DNA of 63,494 bases, the filler included, from Octopus bimaculoides (Eukaryota), in the NCBI RefSeq assembly GCF_001194135.2. It is 7 parts of 7 records of this genome, joined end to end, with 100 filler letters (N's around TTAATTAATTAA, not from the genome) between each part and the next. Parts side by side here need not be neighbours in the genome. Positions count along the whole stretch, not along the records: positions 44,781 to 51,000 come from NC_068996.1; positions 51,101 to 55,264 come from NC_068981.1; positions 55,365 to 61,433 come from NW_026314721.1; positions 61,534 to 63,494 come from NW_026407255.1; 3 more parts are not named here. The stretch is one strand, 5' to 3'. How positions within the stretch are numbered: position 1 is the first letter of the stretch; every line of letters starts with the position of its first letter. A model generated the notes under the pieces. It was not told where the DNA came from. It did no database searches and saw only the letters and a program-made list of their open reading frames with translations. Below are positions 50,411 through 63,494 of this stretch, in pieces. Position numbers and translations under genes: made by a program.

Positions 50411-50949
50411 GACGACAAGGACGACGATTCATCGCCTGTAATTGTAAAGTTGGAAGCAGTTAAGCTTTACCAGTAACAAGTTAATTGTTATGGTGAGAAG
50501 GTTGGTGAATAATAGTTGAAACAATAGTATTAATCCTGACCAAAATGGTAACACTCCAGTTCCAGAGTCCAGGAGATTAGAGAAGTTACGATTTATGGGG
50601 TAGTTATCCCTACTCCTATGACTCCTCTGATCAGCGTTGTCAAAGCTGTTAACGGGCTCCGTTTAGGGGGGTCAGACAGCAGGATCTGGTCCTCTGTCTA
50701 AAGCATACAGGACATGGGGAACGCTAATCTGAAGGCCATGTTTCATATAGGTCCATAGTTGTGTGTACATATCTGTACTCAATGTGAAGCAGTTCATCCG
50801 TTTAGTGGTTAAGTAGACATTACCCTCGATTGTGAACCTCGAGAGAGCAGGTGAGTAAACAATAAATAAACAAGCAGAAGGCAGTGGAAAAACCACTGAT
50901 CCAACCTTCCCAGGGAAATTATTAATTTTCGGAAGTTTATTTTTCCCCT

Positions 50950-51000
<51 letters not shown>

Positions 51001-51134
51001 NNNNNNNNNNNNNNNNNNNNNNNNNNNNNNNNNNNNNNNNNNNNTTAATTAATTAANNNNNNNNNNNNNNNNNNNNNNNNNNNNNNNNNNNNNNNNNNNN
51101 ATATATGAATCTAGTATTAATTTAAATGTGTAAG

Positions 51135-51310
51135 AAATGAAAGTTGCTTAGCGACATGTCCTTCGTCATTACGTTGAGTTCAAATCCCCTTCAGGTCGAG
51201 TTTGCGTTTTGGTCTTCCTGTGCCGATAATGCAAGAGCAAGTTGTTCATTGAACTATTTGTAATTCAAATACCGCCTACACGAAAACTGTTGGCATTGTA
51301 CCAAAAATTT
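51135..51310 (+). mobile_element. SINE family A, old decayed copy
   Basis: TGCTTAGCGAC..ACGTTGAGTTCAAATCC..AGGTCGAGTTTGC and a tail resembling GGCATTGTACCAAAAATTTAAACCAAT. Confidence 0.6.
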
Positions 51311-52699
51311 AAACCAATACTTATTAAAATTCTCTTGTATGATTTCTTTTAGTAAGAATTTCTCTACAGTTTTTAACAATAAGGTTGTTTTGTCCAGTTC
51401 CTATATCACTTTTTGTCGGTAGTATGAATTTTAATCATGTCTTTGTACCCTTATTTCAGCACTTGTTATGGATTTTCTCACTCTAGTATCTCTTGTCAAT
51501 TTCTCCAAAATAGACGCCAATTCATTCAACACTTCTAAGAGTTACATGTCTCAAGAGGCATAAAAAATTTAGTAAAAAACGAACTTCCTTGAAAATCAAT
51601 TCCAAACGTTTAAACATCAATTACGTTTAACAGCATGTGGGTGAATTATTTCACCAATAGACTAAGGCTATACATCATGGCTGAGTGTTGGAACAAGTAA
51701 CTTGTATAAGTGTTGAAACATGTGTTACCCTTACTCGTGGACCTGAAAATGCGAAATTGCTTCGCCTTGACGGGATAAATTTTCACCCAATCTTTACTGT
51801 ATTTTTAAATCAATAAACTGTCGCGAATCCTTCCTGCAAGTATGCATCACGGAGAGCATACCAAGAAGATGAATTTCAAAATATGCAAAATAAACAAACG
51901 AAATAAACAAAAGAAGTGAAAGATAGTTTCCTTATATTCATTTCATCTATACAGAAAACTAATGTAAAACGTATCACCAGGCTTTTCGATTCAAAACACG
52001 TCGTACCTTGACACTGCATACATTTCTATAATGGTAGAATGCAAATAACTATGTAGATTCTCACACTCACAATTTCCATTGACATTTTTTTGTTAAAGTT
52101 ATGNNNNNNNNNNNNNNNNNNNNNNNNNNNNNNNNNNNNNNNNNNNNNNNNNNNNNNNNNNNNNNNNNNNNNNNNNNNNNNNNNNNNNNNNNNNNNNNNN
52201 NNNNNNNNNNNNNNNNNNNNNNNNNNNNNNNNNNNNNNNNNNNNNNNNNNNNNNNNNNNNNNNNNNNNNNNNNNNNNNNNNNNNNNNNNNNNNNNNNNNN
52301 NNNNNNNNNNNNNNNNNNNNNNNNNNNNNNNNNNNNNNNNNNNNNNNNNNNNNNNNNNNNNNNNNNNNNNNNNNNNNNNNNNNNNNNNNNNNNNNNNNNN
52401 NNNNNNNNNNNNNTACGTGGTATATGTCGGGGCGAAGTTATAGTAGAATACGGTGGCCCAAATTGCCACGCAATGGGACTAAACCCGGAGAAGCACTGAC
52501 GCCATCGCGTATATGTGTTAAATTATTTTAACTGAAAATGAAGCCGAAAATTTTGAAATAAACTATGAGGACAGCACTTAATATGCATATCGATATGTTA
52601 GCACATAAAAAGGATATGTTGAATTTCCAGAATCGCTGACTCATACGAATGCGTGAAGATCATCGTACATTCACACAAAAAATCTTTCTGAAAAACTTC

Positions 52700-53500
52700 T
52701 CAAGATGTGCCACCTTTCCCAAGATGTGCACCGAATGATAAATTCGTACGCGAATAAATGTGTCATCTCCTGTAGCTCTTGAAATCCTGCTTTCCCTGGT
52801 GGCTACCGGATATAAATATTTTGGAGCGCATTAGTTAAGTCAGCCAACAAATTCGGACAGTTTTGTGGATCACATATAAGTATTTATGCGTTCTAATCTA
52901 ATTTAGAGAACTTAATCGTAAAAATAAAAGATAAAATTAACATATAAACTATTATTGATAAAGGACGGGAAAACATTTATTCATGACTTCTGGGGTTCAG
53001 TTAAACCGCAGCCCCGTTATAATTTCTAGCCTCACTTCGAACATTTCGATGAATATCAACAAACTATTTCCTTGGTCAAGCTGTAGCCTCTCCACAATGC
53101 TGACTTCTCTGCAGTATCAACCAAAAGAGACTTTGCAAGCTATCAGACATATATTCTGACACGGAATGATAGTCCTCACCTTGTCCAGTTGATGATAGTC
53201 TGTGATGTGATTAGAGAAGTTCCTTATATCCAAATGAGATAGGAGAATCTTAAATTTCGTAAGCTTCCAAGTTGATTTCACAAATACTGAATCATAATAT
53301 CTTCCGTTATGGTTAATAATTTCATTTCAAGAAAGTGCGATTGCATATATCTTCCTATGCATGTGCCACACTCTCCACTTACTGACTTTCTATGATAAGT
53401 TACTGAGCAACTTCTTGTTTCTTCGTTGATCTATACCACACTTATATTCATTTCTTAACGGTATAGTTAAGAGATGAAGAAAAAGAAAATCAGGAATCGT
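52700..53500 (-). pseudogene. Highly decayed piggyBac-type transposase fragment
   Basis: 53311-53170 reads ...KFKILLSHL..DYHQLDKVRTII, then EVSIVE, matching the recalled RF.L..FLHF..DRL.KVRP.I and ISIDES blocks of piggyBac transposases; the rest is weak. Confidence 0.45.
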
Positions 53501-55659
53501 TGCCCAGATATTAGACACATACTGATGCAGACTATAATGTAATGCACAAACAAAATGTATTATTGTTATTGCTGAGGAAAAAGATGAAGTGAAAAGCAGA
53601 AGAAATACTAGATGGAATGGACTAATCATCATGATGCAATCTTCGTCATTGTCACAATCGTCATCATTGTCGTTATTAGCATAATAAATTTCATCATCAT
53701 ACTCATCATTATCATTGTACTCATTCTCATCATCAGGGATTAGCTATGACAAATACCCCCTATTCCCCAAATTATAAGTTCGAGGCAAGCAAATTAGAAG
53801 GTTACAAATTCTTTTTTGTTATTACTTTTGTTATGCATAAATTGCTTGCTTCAAGCAATTTAGTTATACTATTACGGCATAAAAAAATGAATTTCTATTT
53901 AAATTTTACAATTTATGTGCACATGCGAAAAAAGCGTTATTCAATTTTGTGTGTAGAGAGATTTGAAAGAAAAATGATTATATTTTGGCAGCAGGTGAAA
54001 CTATATGATATTCATTTTCCTCTTTTAATATGCTTGCAGAAAATCCAAAATGACAAGACTTTGTGTTGCCTCTAGCAAGAAAGCTGTAACTGTGAGGTGT
54101 AAGGACTTGAGTTGTCAACAAAGAAAACCTAAAGCTGGGCCTTCACATATGGTGTGATAAATTTGTTATCATCCACTGTTCTGACAAAAAGAAGCATTTG
54201 CATCATTTCTAATAGAACATGTAATAATAGCGATAATAACAGCCGTATAAATTACAACAATGACATCGCTTTTTACAATCTCATTCGAACGGATTGTAAC
54301 ATTAATAACAAAAACGACAATATGCTAATACCGACTCTCATTATATGTGTGTCAACAAAGATATTTGCAAAATAATACGCGGATATTTAGATTAAAGTCT
54401 AACCAGTTATAGGAGTAACGCGTTTATCAACACAAAATGCAATCAAGCATTTGAAGTTTGAAACCTGACATGTGATAGCTCATATTCAGGCATTGTTTTA
54501 TCATGAATACGAAACCGTTTGATAACGAGTGAAAACTTTACATTAGAATTTCAGGTATTCATGTCATCCGATTTTAAATAGACGATGAATGCTAATGAAA
54601 TTTTGATAATTCTGGTGCCTCCTGAAACACTAATTCATCTCAGCACAGCGACAAAAGCATAAAATAACATTCATAATACCCGACACACCATCGACGACTA
54701 TAATTCGGTTTTAAGACGATTATAAACCCACAAAGCAATAGGGTGAGCAAGAGTGGCTGCCACAACCCTATATGAGAGTATTACATTTGACGTAAACAGG
54801 GGGACACTGGTGTCAAGCCGAACCTCATATTATGCTTTTCAATTCGAAAATTTTAAAACGGAGTATGGGTTGATCGAATCTAAATATTTGACATAACCAT
54901 TCATAATCCTATATATTCTATTATCAATACAGGGTTTCATTCTAAAGGTTAACTAAAATACCAACGCCAAATAGCCGCATCTCCAACCACAAATTGATGA
55001 CAACTATATATTTCATCAATAACTTCTATTCTACATTCTGTCCACAATGAATCAAGTACTTCAGACATCATATTCAGAAGGTGTTAATCAAATTCTTAGG
55101 TGTTAGGTGCCAGTTACAATATCCACAAACAATTCCCCACTGCTCAACTTTCTGCACTGAGTACTGTTTTGCATATATATATATATATATATTATCTAGT
55201 TTCAGCTCATGAGCTGTGGCCATGCTGGGGCACCGCCATATATATATATATATATATATATATANNNNNNNNNNNNNNNNNNNNNNNNNNNNNNNNNNNN
55301 NNNNNNNNTTAATTAATTAANNNNNNNNNNNNNNNNNNNNNNNNNNNNNNNNNNNNNNNNNNNNGCCCTACTTAAAACTTTCCTGAAAAAATACAAAGGT
55401 GTAGACTGGTGTACCCTGAAATTAGGTGTAAACCATTGGAAATATTCCAAGTTTTGTAGAAAAATTTTTAAATATATATATTTTTAAACGTATATTTTTT
55501 TTAAAAAAAAGCTAAAAAGACTCACTAAATGACAATTCTTAAATGTTTGTAGTGTCTTGTATTGTCCCATCTATGTATGATATTTTATTATCGTAATAAA
55601 GAGAATTGGCAAGCTACTTCAGGCCGATGACAAGCAAAGACTCAGAAATATGTCTCTGA

Positions 55660-55815
55660 ATGCTGGCATGGGTTGGACAGTTTGATTGAGGGCTGGTGAG
55701 CCACAAGGCTGCACCAACCAGATTGGAGTCTGGTGCAGCCTTCTGACTCGTCAGCCCTCAGTCAAACTGTCTAACCCATGCCAGCATGGAAAGTGGAAGT
55801 AAAATGATGACGAAG
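55660..55815 (+). mobile_element. RTE-related repeat 3' end with a fold-back copy forming a long hairpin
   Basis: Ends GTCAAACTGTCTAACCCATGCCAGCATGGAAAGTGGAAGTAAAATGATGA; 55660-55716 is the inverted copy of 55731-55787. Confidence 0.7.
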
Positions 55816-56224
55816 CTAAACAAAATACACACACACACACGTATATATAAATATGTATTTATATATGCATATATATATATATATGTATGTAAACACAAAA
55901 AAAAACATTGTAAACACACACCCATATATATATATATATATACACACACATGCATTGACATATGCATCCGTATACATCTGCTGCTATGTGCATAACATAA
56001 AATACAAAGGCACACACACACACTATATACACATGCAATGTATATACATACATACACACACTAATTGTTTTCGGTGATAATTAATGAAATGTTTTGCTCG
56101 TTAATCAAAATCAGTAAAAAAGACATTAACAGTGCAGCTACCTCTGCTGCTACCACCACCACCACCACCACCACTACTACCAACAACAACCACAACAACA
56201 ACCACATCAACAGCTACAAATCAA

Positions 56225-56417
56225 TACAGGAGACCTCTACATGGAGGCTAGATCAGCTAGAAATAGCAGCCAAATCTCCCTCAAAATCACACCCTACACT
56301 CTTATCTATGTATATATGTATGTATGAGCCAATGAGGGAGGCCTCTACATGGTAGCTAGACCTGCTAGAAATAGCAGCCAAATTTCCCTCAAATGAAATC
56401 CTATTCCCTTATCTATC

Positions 56418-56420
<3 letters not shown>
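56225..56420 (+). repeat. Two tandem copies of an interspersed repeat (CTCTACATGG..CTGCTAGAAATAGCAGCCAAAT..CCCTCAAA)
   Basis: Unit of about 110 bp, duplicated; related fragments at 2115-2175 and, inverted, 61580-61640. Confidence 0.75.
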
Positions 56421-56471
<51 letters not shown>

Positions 56472-56489
56472 AATAAAGGTTAGAAACCT

Positions 56490-56660
56490 CGTGCAGGGAT
56501 GGCTGTGGCCAATGCTGGTGTCATGTAACTGGCAGCCATGTTGGTGGCACTGAAAATTCACCCAGTACACTCTTTTAAGTGGTTGGCATTTGGAAGGGCA
56601 TCCAGCTGTAGAAACCATGCCAAACCAGACTGGAGCCTGGTGCAGCCCTCTGGCTTACCG
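56490..56660 (+). mobile_element. RTE-related non-autonomous repeat fragment, same family as 55660-55815
   Basis: GTGGTTGGCATTTGGAAGGGCATCCAGCTGTAGAAACC..CCAGACTGGAGCCTGGTGCAGCC overlaps the sequence in the 55720-55745 arm. Confidence 0.6.
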
Positions 56661-56747
56661 CTTTTAATTTCAGAACTTATGAAAACAAGACATTTGTACT
56701 CCAGAGCCCAGAGGTGGTTTCAGCCAGGTTGGTAACGAAGGGGTTAA
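56661..56747. mobile_element. TTAA-terminated MITE end
   Basis: Ends GGTTGGTAACGAAGGGG|TTAA (reverse complement TTAA|CCCCTTCG, piggyBac-like). Confidence 0.4.
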
Positions 56748-57172
56748 TCTTGCAGGACCTTCTCCATAGTGATGTAAGAAGAGGAAAACTGACGTTGACA
56801 ACTTGATCACAGACATTGGCTCAGAGTGTATCTGAGACCTTGAGGCAGATGTGGTGGACAGGCTTCATTGCTACGACCCTGGTTGGAACCCAACCATTAA
56901 ATTAAAAAATGCATATCTATTATACATGCTTTCACAGCACCCACTGAATGATTAGACACACATCCATCACCCTCACAAGCCACCACACCCCTCCTTCCCT
57001 TGAACACCCCTCCCTCCCCACTACCATCACCTAGTTGTACATATACATACATATAAACATATATCTATATTCACACATACACAGACACACACATATATAC
57101 ACATTTAAACATAGATATATGTGTGTGTATGCATGTGTGTGTATTCAAATAAATAAATAAATGTATATACAT

Positions 57173-57254
<82 letters not shown>

Positions 57255-58462
57255 GTCTATATATATGTATACAGATTGCTACGTATATAGCTATACATAC
57301 ATGCGAACACATGTATATGTGAACATAAGTGTGTATATATAGATATATGTATACACACACACACAACAAACACACTCAAACACACCATGCATATATACCA
57401 ATTATATATACATATATATATATAAGCACATACACATATAAATAATACAGATATACACATGTGCACATATTTGTGTGTGTGTATATATGCATAGACATAT
57501 ATATACACTCAGCAGGCCAATATCCAAATATTCATAGGAGCCTGTCTCCATGGCAACCAACTGTCTCTGTCAACATTGTTCGGACAGAAGTCAATTTAGG
57601 GTGAGTGTGTTGCTGTTGTTGTTGTTACAGTAACAATAGTAGTAGTAGTAGCAGCAGTGATGGTGGTGGTGGTGGTGGTGGTGGTGGTGGCGTAGTTGTT
57701 TGGTGCTCAAGGCTGTCCTAACGAATTAAAGAAAACTTCCTCCCATGACCATCCAGCCATCTTAAGGCTTATATAAGTTGTATCCTTCCTTTCACATAGT
57801 AGACTGTAAACAGCAGCTGTTTCTAGCAAGTCCAATGACCATCTGATGGATTCTAGTTCTTGGTGTAGCTGTTGTTGTTTAACCCCAGGTCAGACCAGAC
57901 CCAGACAGGCCTATGACCAAAGACGTTCCAGCCGTGACCCTCCCATCTTTCATTCAGGCATAGTGTATCTAGGACTACATTATCGAATGTATAGTATAGG
58001 AGTTAGTGTTAGTGGCTGTGGTTGTTGTTGCTGTTGCTGTTGTTGTTATTAAACTTTCTCCTCTGGGAAATCAGTGTTAAAATCTCAAAGACAAAGGCAA
58101 GAATGGTTGACAGTTCTGGCCGTGTGTCCCTGTGAGTTGAGACACTTGCTGAACAATGTACAGCACACACACACACACACACACACATGGAGACACACAG
58201 ATGCCTGCATACACATGAAGTCACACAGACACACACACATTTGGCCACAAATACACATACATACACACTTGCGGTAACAAACACAGACGCACACAGACAC
58301 AAGCACAAATGGACACACACACACATAGATCCGCATATACAATGACACACACACACACACACATCAAGTGACGATTTGTTGACTCGGGTCTTCTTAGGAA
58401 TGTTGCTGTTGTTACTGTTGTGGTCTTTCATACTTCCACTTCAGACCTTATACACAGAATAA

Positions 58463-58532
<70 letters not shown>

Positions 58533-59401
58533 TAATTTGTATATGTGTATATATATATATATATATAGCATGTATAAAAACTTTACATAGATGCTTACAA
58601 GTATTACTATATATATATATTTAGTATGTATAAATGATTTTTATGTGTATGTGTGTATGTATACACATGTATGTGCATGCATATGAGTGTGGAAAATTCA
58701 AGTGACAAAAGACTCAAACTCTGAACAGTTTACCATCATCATCATCGTCGTCGTCATCATCATTCCTCTACTTCTTCTTCTTCTCCTCCTCCTCCTCCTT
58801 CTTATTATTATTACCATACACACACAGACATATAGAGATGTATACACACTCACTCATACACAAATTCATCGACATAAAAGCATACACAGATATACACACA
58901 CACATGCAAAAAAACTCATAGACATACACACATACAAAAATACATAATAATACATATGTATACATACATATATATATATATACACACACACATGTATACA
59001 CACCTGAAAATGTAATTAGCCTCCTGTAGAGACGACTGTAAGGTTTTATACAGTTTTATCTCTGGAATAAAGAAAGGTTTTTCTCCGCTATTCTACACGC
59101 AATTCTATCATGCACTGCATTGCTGGTTGGTTTGCGGCTGGTGTATATAGAGGCTGGTTCCTTACACTAAACATACAGTAGGGTGTGGTGTATATACACA
59201 TGCAAACACATACACACAAGCACACACAAACACATATAAAATGTGCGTATATGATTGTATTTGTATATATATATGTGTGTGTGTGTGTGTTTTTATGTAT
59301 GTTTTTGTATATGTATGTATATATATACATATATATATATATCATATATACATGCATAGATGCATACATATACATCATCCATCTCTCTCTCTCTCTCTGT
59401 C

Positions 59402-59439
<38 letters not shown>

Positions 59440-60683
59440 TACACATGCATTCACATATACATCTATATATACATATCTATACATATATATACACACATAT
59501 ATGTACATATAAATGCACACATATAAAATGTGTATGAATATATAAATATATATATGAATATCTATGCGTGTATATATACATATCTATACTTTTATTTTAT
59601 ATTTTATTTCTATATATATGTTTATACATGTATACACACACACAGTACTGGGGTTGGCTGGTTGGTTGGTTTGGCTAAAACACTTCCAGGCAGTGTCCCC
59701 GCATGGCTGTTGTCCAATGAATAAAATAAGTCAAAAAGACTAAAGATTAAAGAATTAAGCATGCCCTCTGTAAAAAACATTGGAACTCCCCACATGGCAT
59801 TTATGCTATCCACAAAGAAACAACATACATGACATTTTGCTAACCAGCAAACCAGTCACCGAATCCTGATGCTGGCTTTAAAAAAACAGAGAAATTTCCT
59901 GTGGCAGGGCTCCCAGACACTGGGTTCAATCCCAGCTCTTTCTTTCACAATGAAACCAAAAATATATATTTATTAAACATACACTTGTAACTTTATTTAC
60001 AGATGTAACACATACACGCACACACACACACACACACACATGCATGTGTGTGTGTGTATATGTAAATGCACACTTCAAACTGTATATACTCATTAAACAC
60101 ATAAAAAAACCTGGCCAATTTCTCTTTGATTAAAGATTTATTATGACTTTTCATCTGACACATGCAAATATATAAAGTTATCTATGGGTAGATAGGTTTT
60201 TTAAAATTTTTTATGATATACTAATATATATATATATGCGTGTGTGTGTGTGTGTGTGTGTATGCAAAAAATGGTTTATATACCCAAATACCCATGTGTA
60301 TACACCAATGTGCAGATGTATATGAATGTGTGTGTGCATGAAAAAAATATGTATATATGTATAGGGACGTATGACGATCATGTTTATGATATATTCAGAC
60401 GTGTGTGTGTATATATATAAATACACACACATATATATATATACAGGCACACACACGCATATATATATGTATATATATATATGTGTGTATATATATATAT
60501 ATATAAATATATTTGCATATATATATACATATATGTGTGTATATATGTGTGTGTGTCTGTGTGTATATATATATATATATAAATATATTTGCATATATAT
60601 ATACATATATGTGTNNNNNNNNNNNNNNNNNNNNNNNNNNNNNNNNNNNNNNNNNNNNNNNNNNNNNNNNNNNNNNNNNNNNN

Positions 60684-60714
<31 letters not shown>

Positions 60715-61375
60715 GTACACACAAACACACAGATATATGCAGATATGTGCGTATATGTGTTGTGTGTGTAAGTGCATAAATAAACAAATATTCACACACA
60801 CACACACATACATTCATATATTACAATATGCATTGTATGTGTGTGTGTGTGTGTGTGTGTATCTACATGCCTATGTCTATATAAGCATATATACATACCA
60901 GTGAATATTGGATGTGTGTGTGTGTGTCTGTGTGTATATATATATACACATGTACATACATATACAAAGTTGAGTGTGAGCATATAAACACATTTTTTAT
61001 ATATTTTATACAACCACGTTTTCATATATTTAATTTACACATACATGCACATGTGTATATAAGTATGTATATTCAGATATAAATAATATTTAGCAATGCA
61101 TGACATGATGTAGACAAGCAATGTATGCTTCTATAGCTTTGTGTACACCTATAGATGCATATACAAGAATATACACACCTGTGTTTATCTGTTGTGTATA
61201 TATGTTGAGTGTATAACTTGTGCATCTGACAGCAGGATGAAAAAGTGGTGTGTATATATATGGCTTTTTGCCAAACTAATTATAGCTCTGTCTATATACA
61301 CACATACATATCTTATTATATAGAGGTGATGTGTGTGTATGCATATGTGTATACATGTATACATATAGATATACA

Positions 61376-61433
<58 letters not shown>

Positions 61434-61649
61434 NNNNNNNNNNNNNNNNNNNNNNNNNNNNNNNNNNNNNNNNNNNNTTAATTAATTAANNNNNNNNNNN
61501 NNNNNNNNNNNNNNNNNNNNNNNNNNNNNNNNNGTATATCAGGGGCTACATAGGTCAACTAGACTATATAGAGTGTATTTGAAGGAAGGAGTTTGGGAGC
61601 TATTTCTAGCAGGCCAAATGACAGCATAAAGTCTCCTTCTTCGAACTTA

Positions 61650-62060
61650 TAGGGTTGCAAGCGTTGAATTCATTGAGAACGATGACTTAAGAAAGGAATA
61701 AATTGACAGATATCCCGGATGTAAGAAGTGATATCGCTGAAGTGTTGTTCTAATTCCAGGAGTTTGAAGAACAGGGAAGAAAATAAATTCCTCTATAGGA
61801 ACGATTGAAGAAGAATTTGAACCAGAGTAATTAGAAATGTTTGCTATTGATATCAAGTTGATGGAAGTGGGTCGCAAAGAGAGTGAAATATACATTTATG
61901 TAGACACCACCTTTCAGAGTGAAGTTTGATTATAGACCGTAGTCTGAACAATGAAGATGTAATATAAATAAAAGTTGACAAAATTATTGTCTCAGAGAGG
62001 AATAGAATTTGTTTCATTTGCTGGATCTGGAGGATCAGGTATTGTCCATGTCCTTTGCAC
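61650..62060 (-). mobile_element. AP-endonuclease N-terminal half of a CR1/L2-group LINE, decayed
   Basis: QYL..ILFLSET, KGGVYI, LLWFK..IYFLPCSSNS and VIVLNEFNA, with spacing matching the LFLTET..IWLR..YLSPNS..ILGDFN blocks of these endonucleases. Confidence 0.6.
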
Positions 62061-62064
62061 ATCT

Positions 62065-63494
62065 GAGATTGATGCTGCTAATATTGTTTTAACTGTTGCA
62101 TGTCGATACCCGCCGGGAAAACATGAGCAGGGACGAGATTCCCGAATGATAATGTTCCTGGGGAAAAGAATTGAGTGCAATTGTAGGGCTTGAAGGGTGA
62201 CGAAAGGAGAAACGAATTGATCGGGAGCACCTGAGTAGAAGAGATGTAAGACCAGCCAATTTCTAAGAACTGAAGTCATTGTATTACTGATGAAAAAGGC
62301 AGAAAACGGAGACGGCACGTCAATGGGCCAGCACCTGGAACTTATCTGTGAGAGACTTCATGTCAATAAGACGACTGATTTCTTCAATTTACGGTCCAGG
62401 GTGTTTGTTGTGTAACAACAACACCGTCCCAGATGTAGGAGCAATATTTCAATGTGGCCCTTGCTTGAGGTATACAGGGGGCTGAAATCCTTTCAGGCTG
62501 TGAAGAGAAGTCTTCGGGATGCGATTCTATGATAAGGATGTGATTTTACCATGAGAGATTATCAGTAATAAGGAACCTAATATTGAGAGTGACAGTGATG
62601 GCTCTAGTTGGGTGTTACTCATGCTTAGCAGAGATGCGGTAGTGCTTCCTTCATATCAGTAGTGCTTGACTTTCATTTGGTGGGAAAGGATTTCTTGTTG
62701 AAAGAGACAATACTGGCGTAGGCCTACCAGAGGATGCTCTATGGATCTCTGTTCAGGGAATTAGTACAGATTTGGTACGTNNNNNNNNNNNNNNNNNNNN
62801 NNNNNNNNNNNNNNNNNNNNNNNNNNNNNNNNNNNNNNNNNNNNNNNNNNNNNNNNNNNNNNNNNNNNNNNNNNNNNNNNNNNNNNNNNNNNNNNNNNNN
62901 NNNNNNNNNNNNNNNNNNNNNNNNNNNNNNNNNNNNNNNNNNNNNNNNNNNNNNNNNNNNNNNNNNNNNNNNNNNNNNNNNNNNNNNNNNNNNNNNNNNN
63001 NNNNNNNNNNNNNNNNNNNNNNNNNNNNNNNNNNNNNNNNNNNNNNNNNNNNNNNNNNNNNNNNNNNNNNNNNNNNNNNNNNNNNNNNNNNNNNNNNNNN
63101 NNNNNNNNNNNNNNNNNNNNNNNNNNAGATAATTGATATATGTAGAAAAGGAAGAGAGTGTGGTATGAAACCTAACTAGGGCACACTAGAATTGATTCAG
63201 AGTGCGACACAGACACACAAAGAGTTACTTATCCATGATATGAGGAAGAGAGTGAGTGAGTGAGTGAGTGAGTTCGAAAGTTACCGAAGGAGATTCGAAT
63301 AGCAGATATGACAGAAGGCTTTACTAATGTCTAGAGTATCGTTATTGCTTTCACTAAACTTCTCTGAACTTACTAGTAGGTAACATAAGAGATCATGTCT
63401 CCAGAAGGTCAGGCTATATGGAAGCTGCACTGAGGGTTGCAAAGGAGGGATTCAAAGAACGAAACGATTGTCTCCTTTTCCTTTGAGATATTAA
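62065..63494 (-). mobile_element. Reverse transcriptase and C-terminus of a CR1/L2-group LINE, decayed, runs off window end
   Basis: QCSFH..SGDMISYVT, LDISKAF, SWISN, INSSVP, ITDNLSW, RATLKYCSYIWDG, LAH*RAVSVFCLF and VPAHVFPAGIDMQQ..NISSINL across frameshifts. Confidence 0.85.

Noticed and set aside
58009-58431. Minus-strand ORF starting MKDHNSNNSNIPKKTRVNK
   Set aside because: Mostly (CA)n-derived; the unique parts have no recognisable domain or clear exon boundaries.

Overview
AT-rich, gap-riddled animal draft scaffold, probably a cephalopod (Octopus-like); this is inferred from the repeat families and microsatellite density, not proven. I found no intact host protein-coding gene: the long ORFs in the track run through N gaps or microsatellites, and exons could be hidden in the gaps. 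The readable sequence consists of microsatellites, at least three tRNA-derived SINE families, decayed non-LTR retrotransposons (Tx1/L1, R4/Dong, RTE, CR1/L2 group) and DNA transposons (mariner, maT/DD37D, Tigger/pogo, piggyBac-like, several MITEs). The most interesting signals are RNA-structural. (1) Three kinds of hammerhead-ribozyme-like motif: a near-canonical type I at 5029-5090, a three-copy minimal family with a fixed core variant, and a decayed one with a long helix II. (2) A covarying 3'-terminal stem-loop shared by the commonest SINE and the Tx1 LINE 3' ends, together with Tx1 copies sitting in specific microsatellites. (3) A fold-back 20-bp minisatellite and a 128-nt near-perfect hairpin. 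(4) A LINE relic with RT followed by endonuclease, the reverse of the normal order. (5) A CpG-depleted domain starting at about 55.4 kb. All translations, alignments and counts were done by eye; no database search was run.
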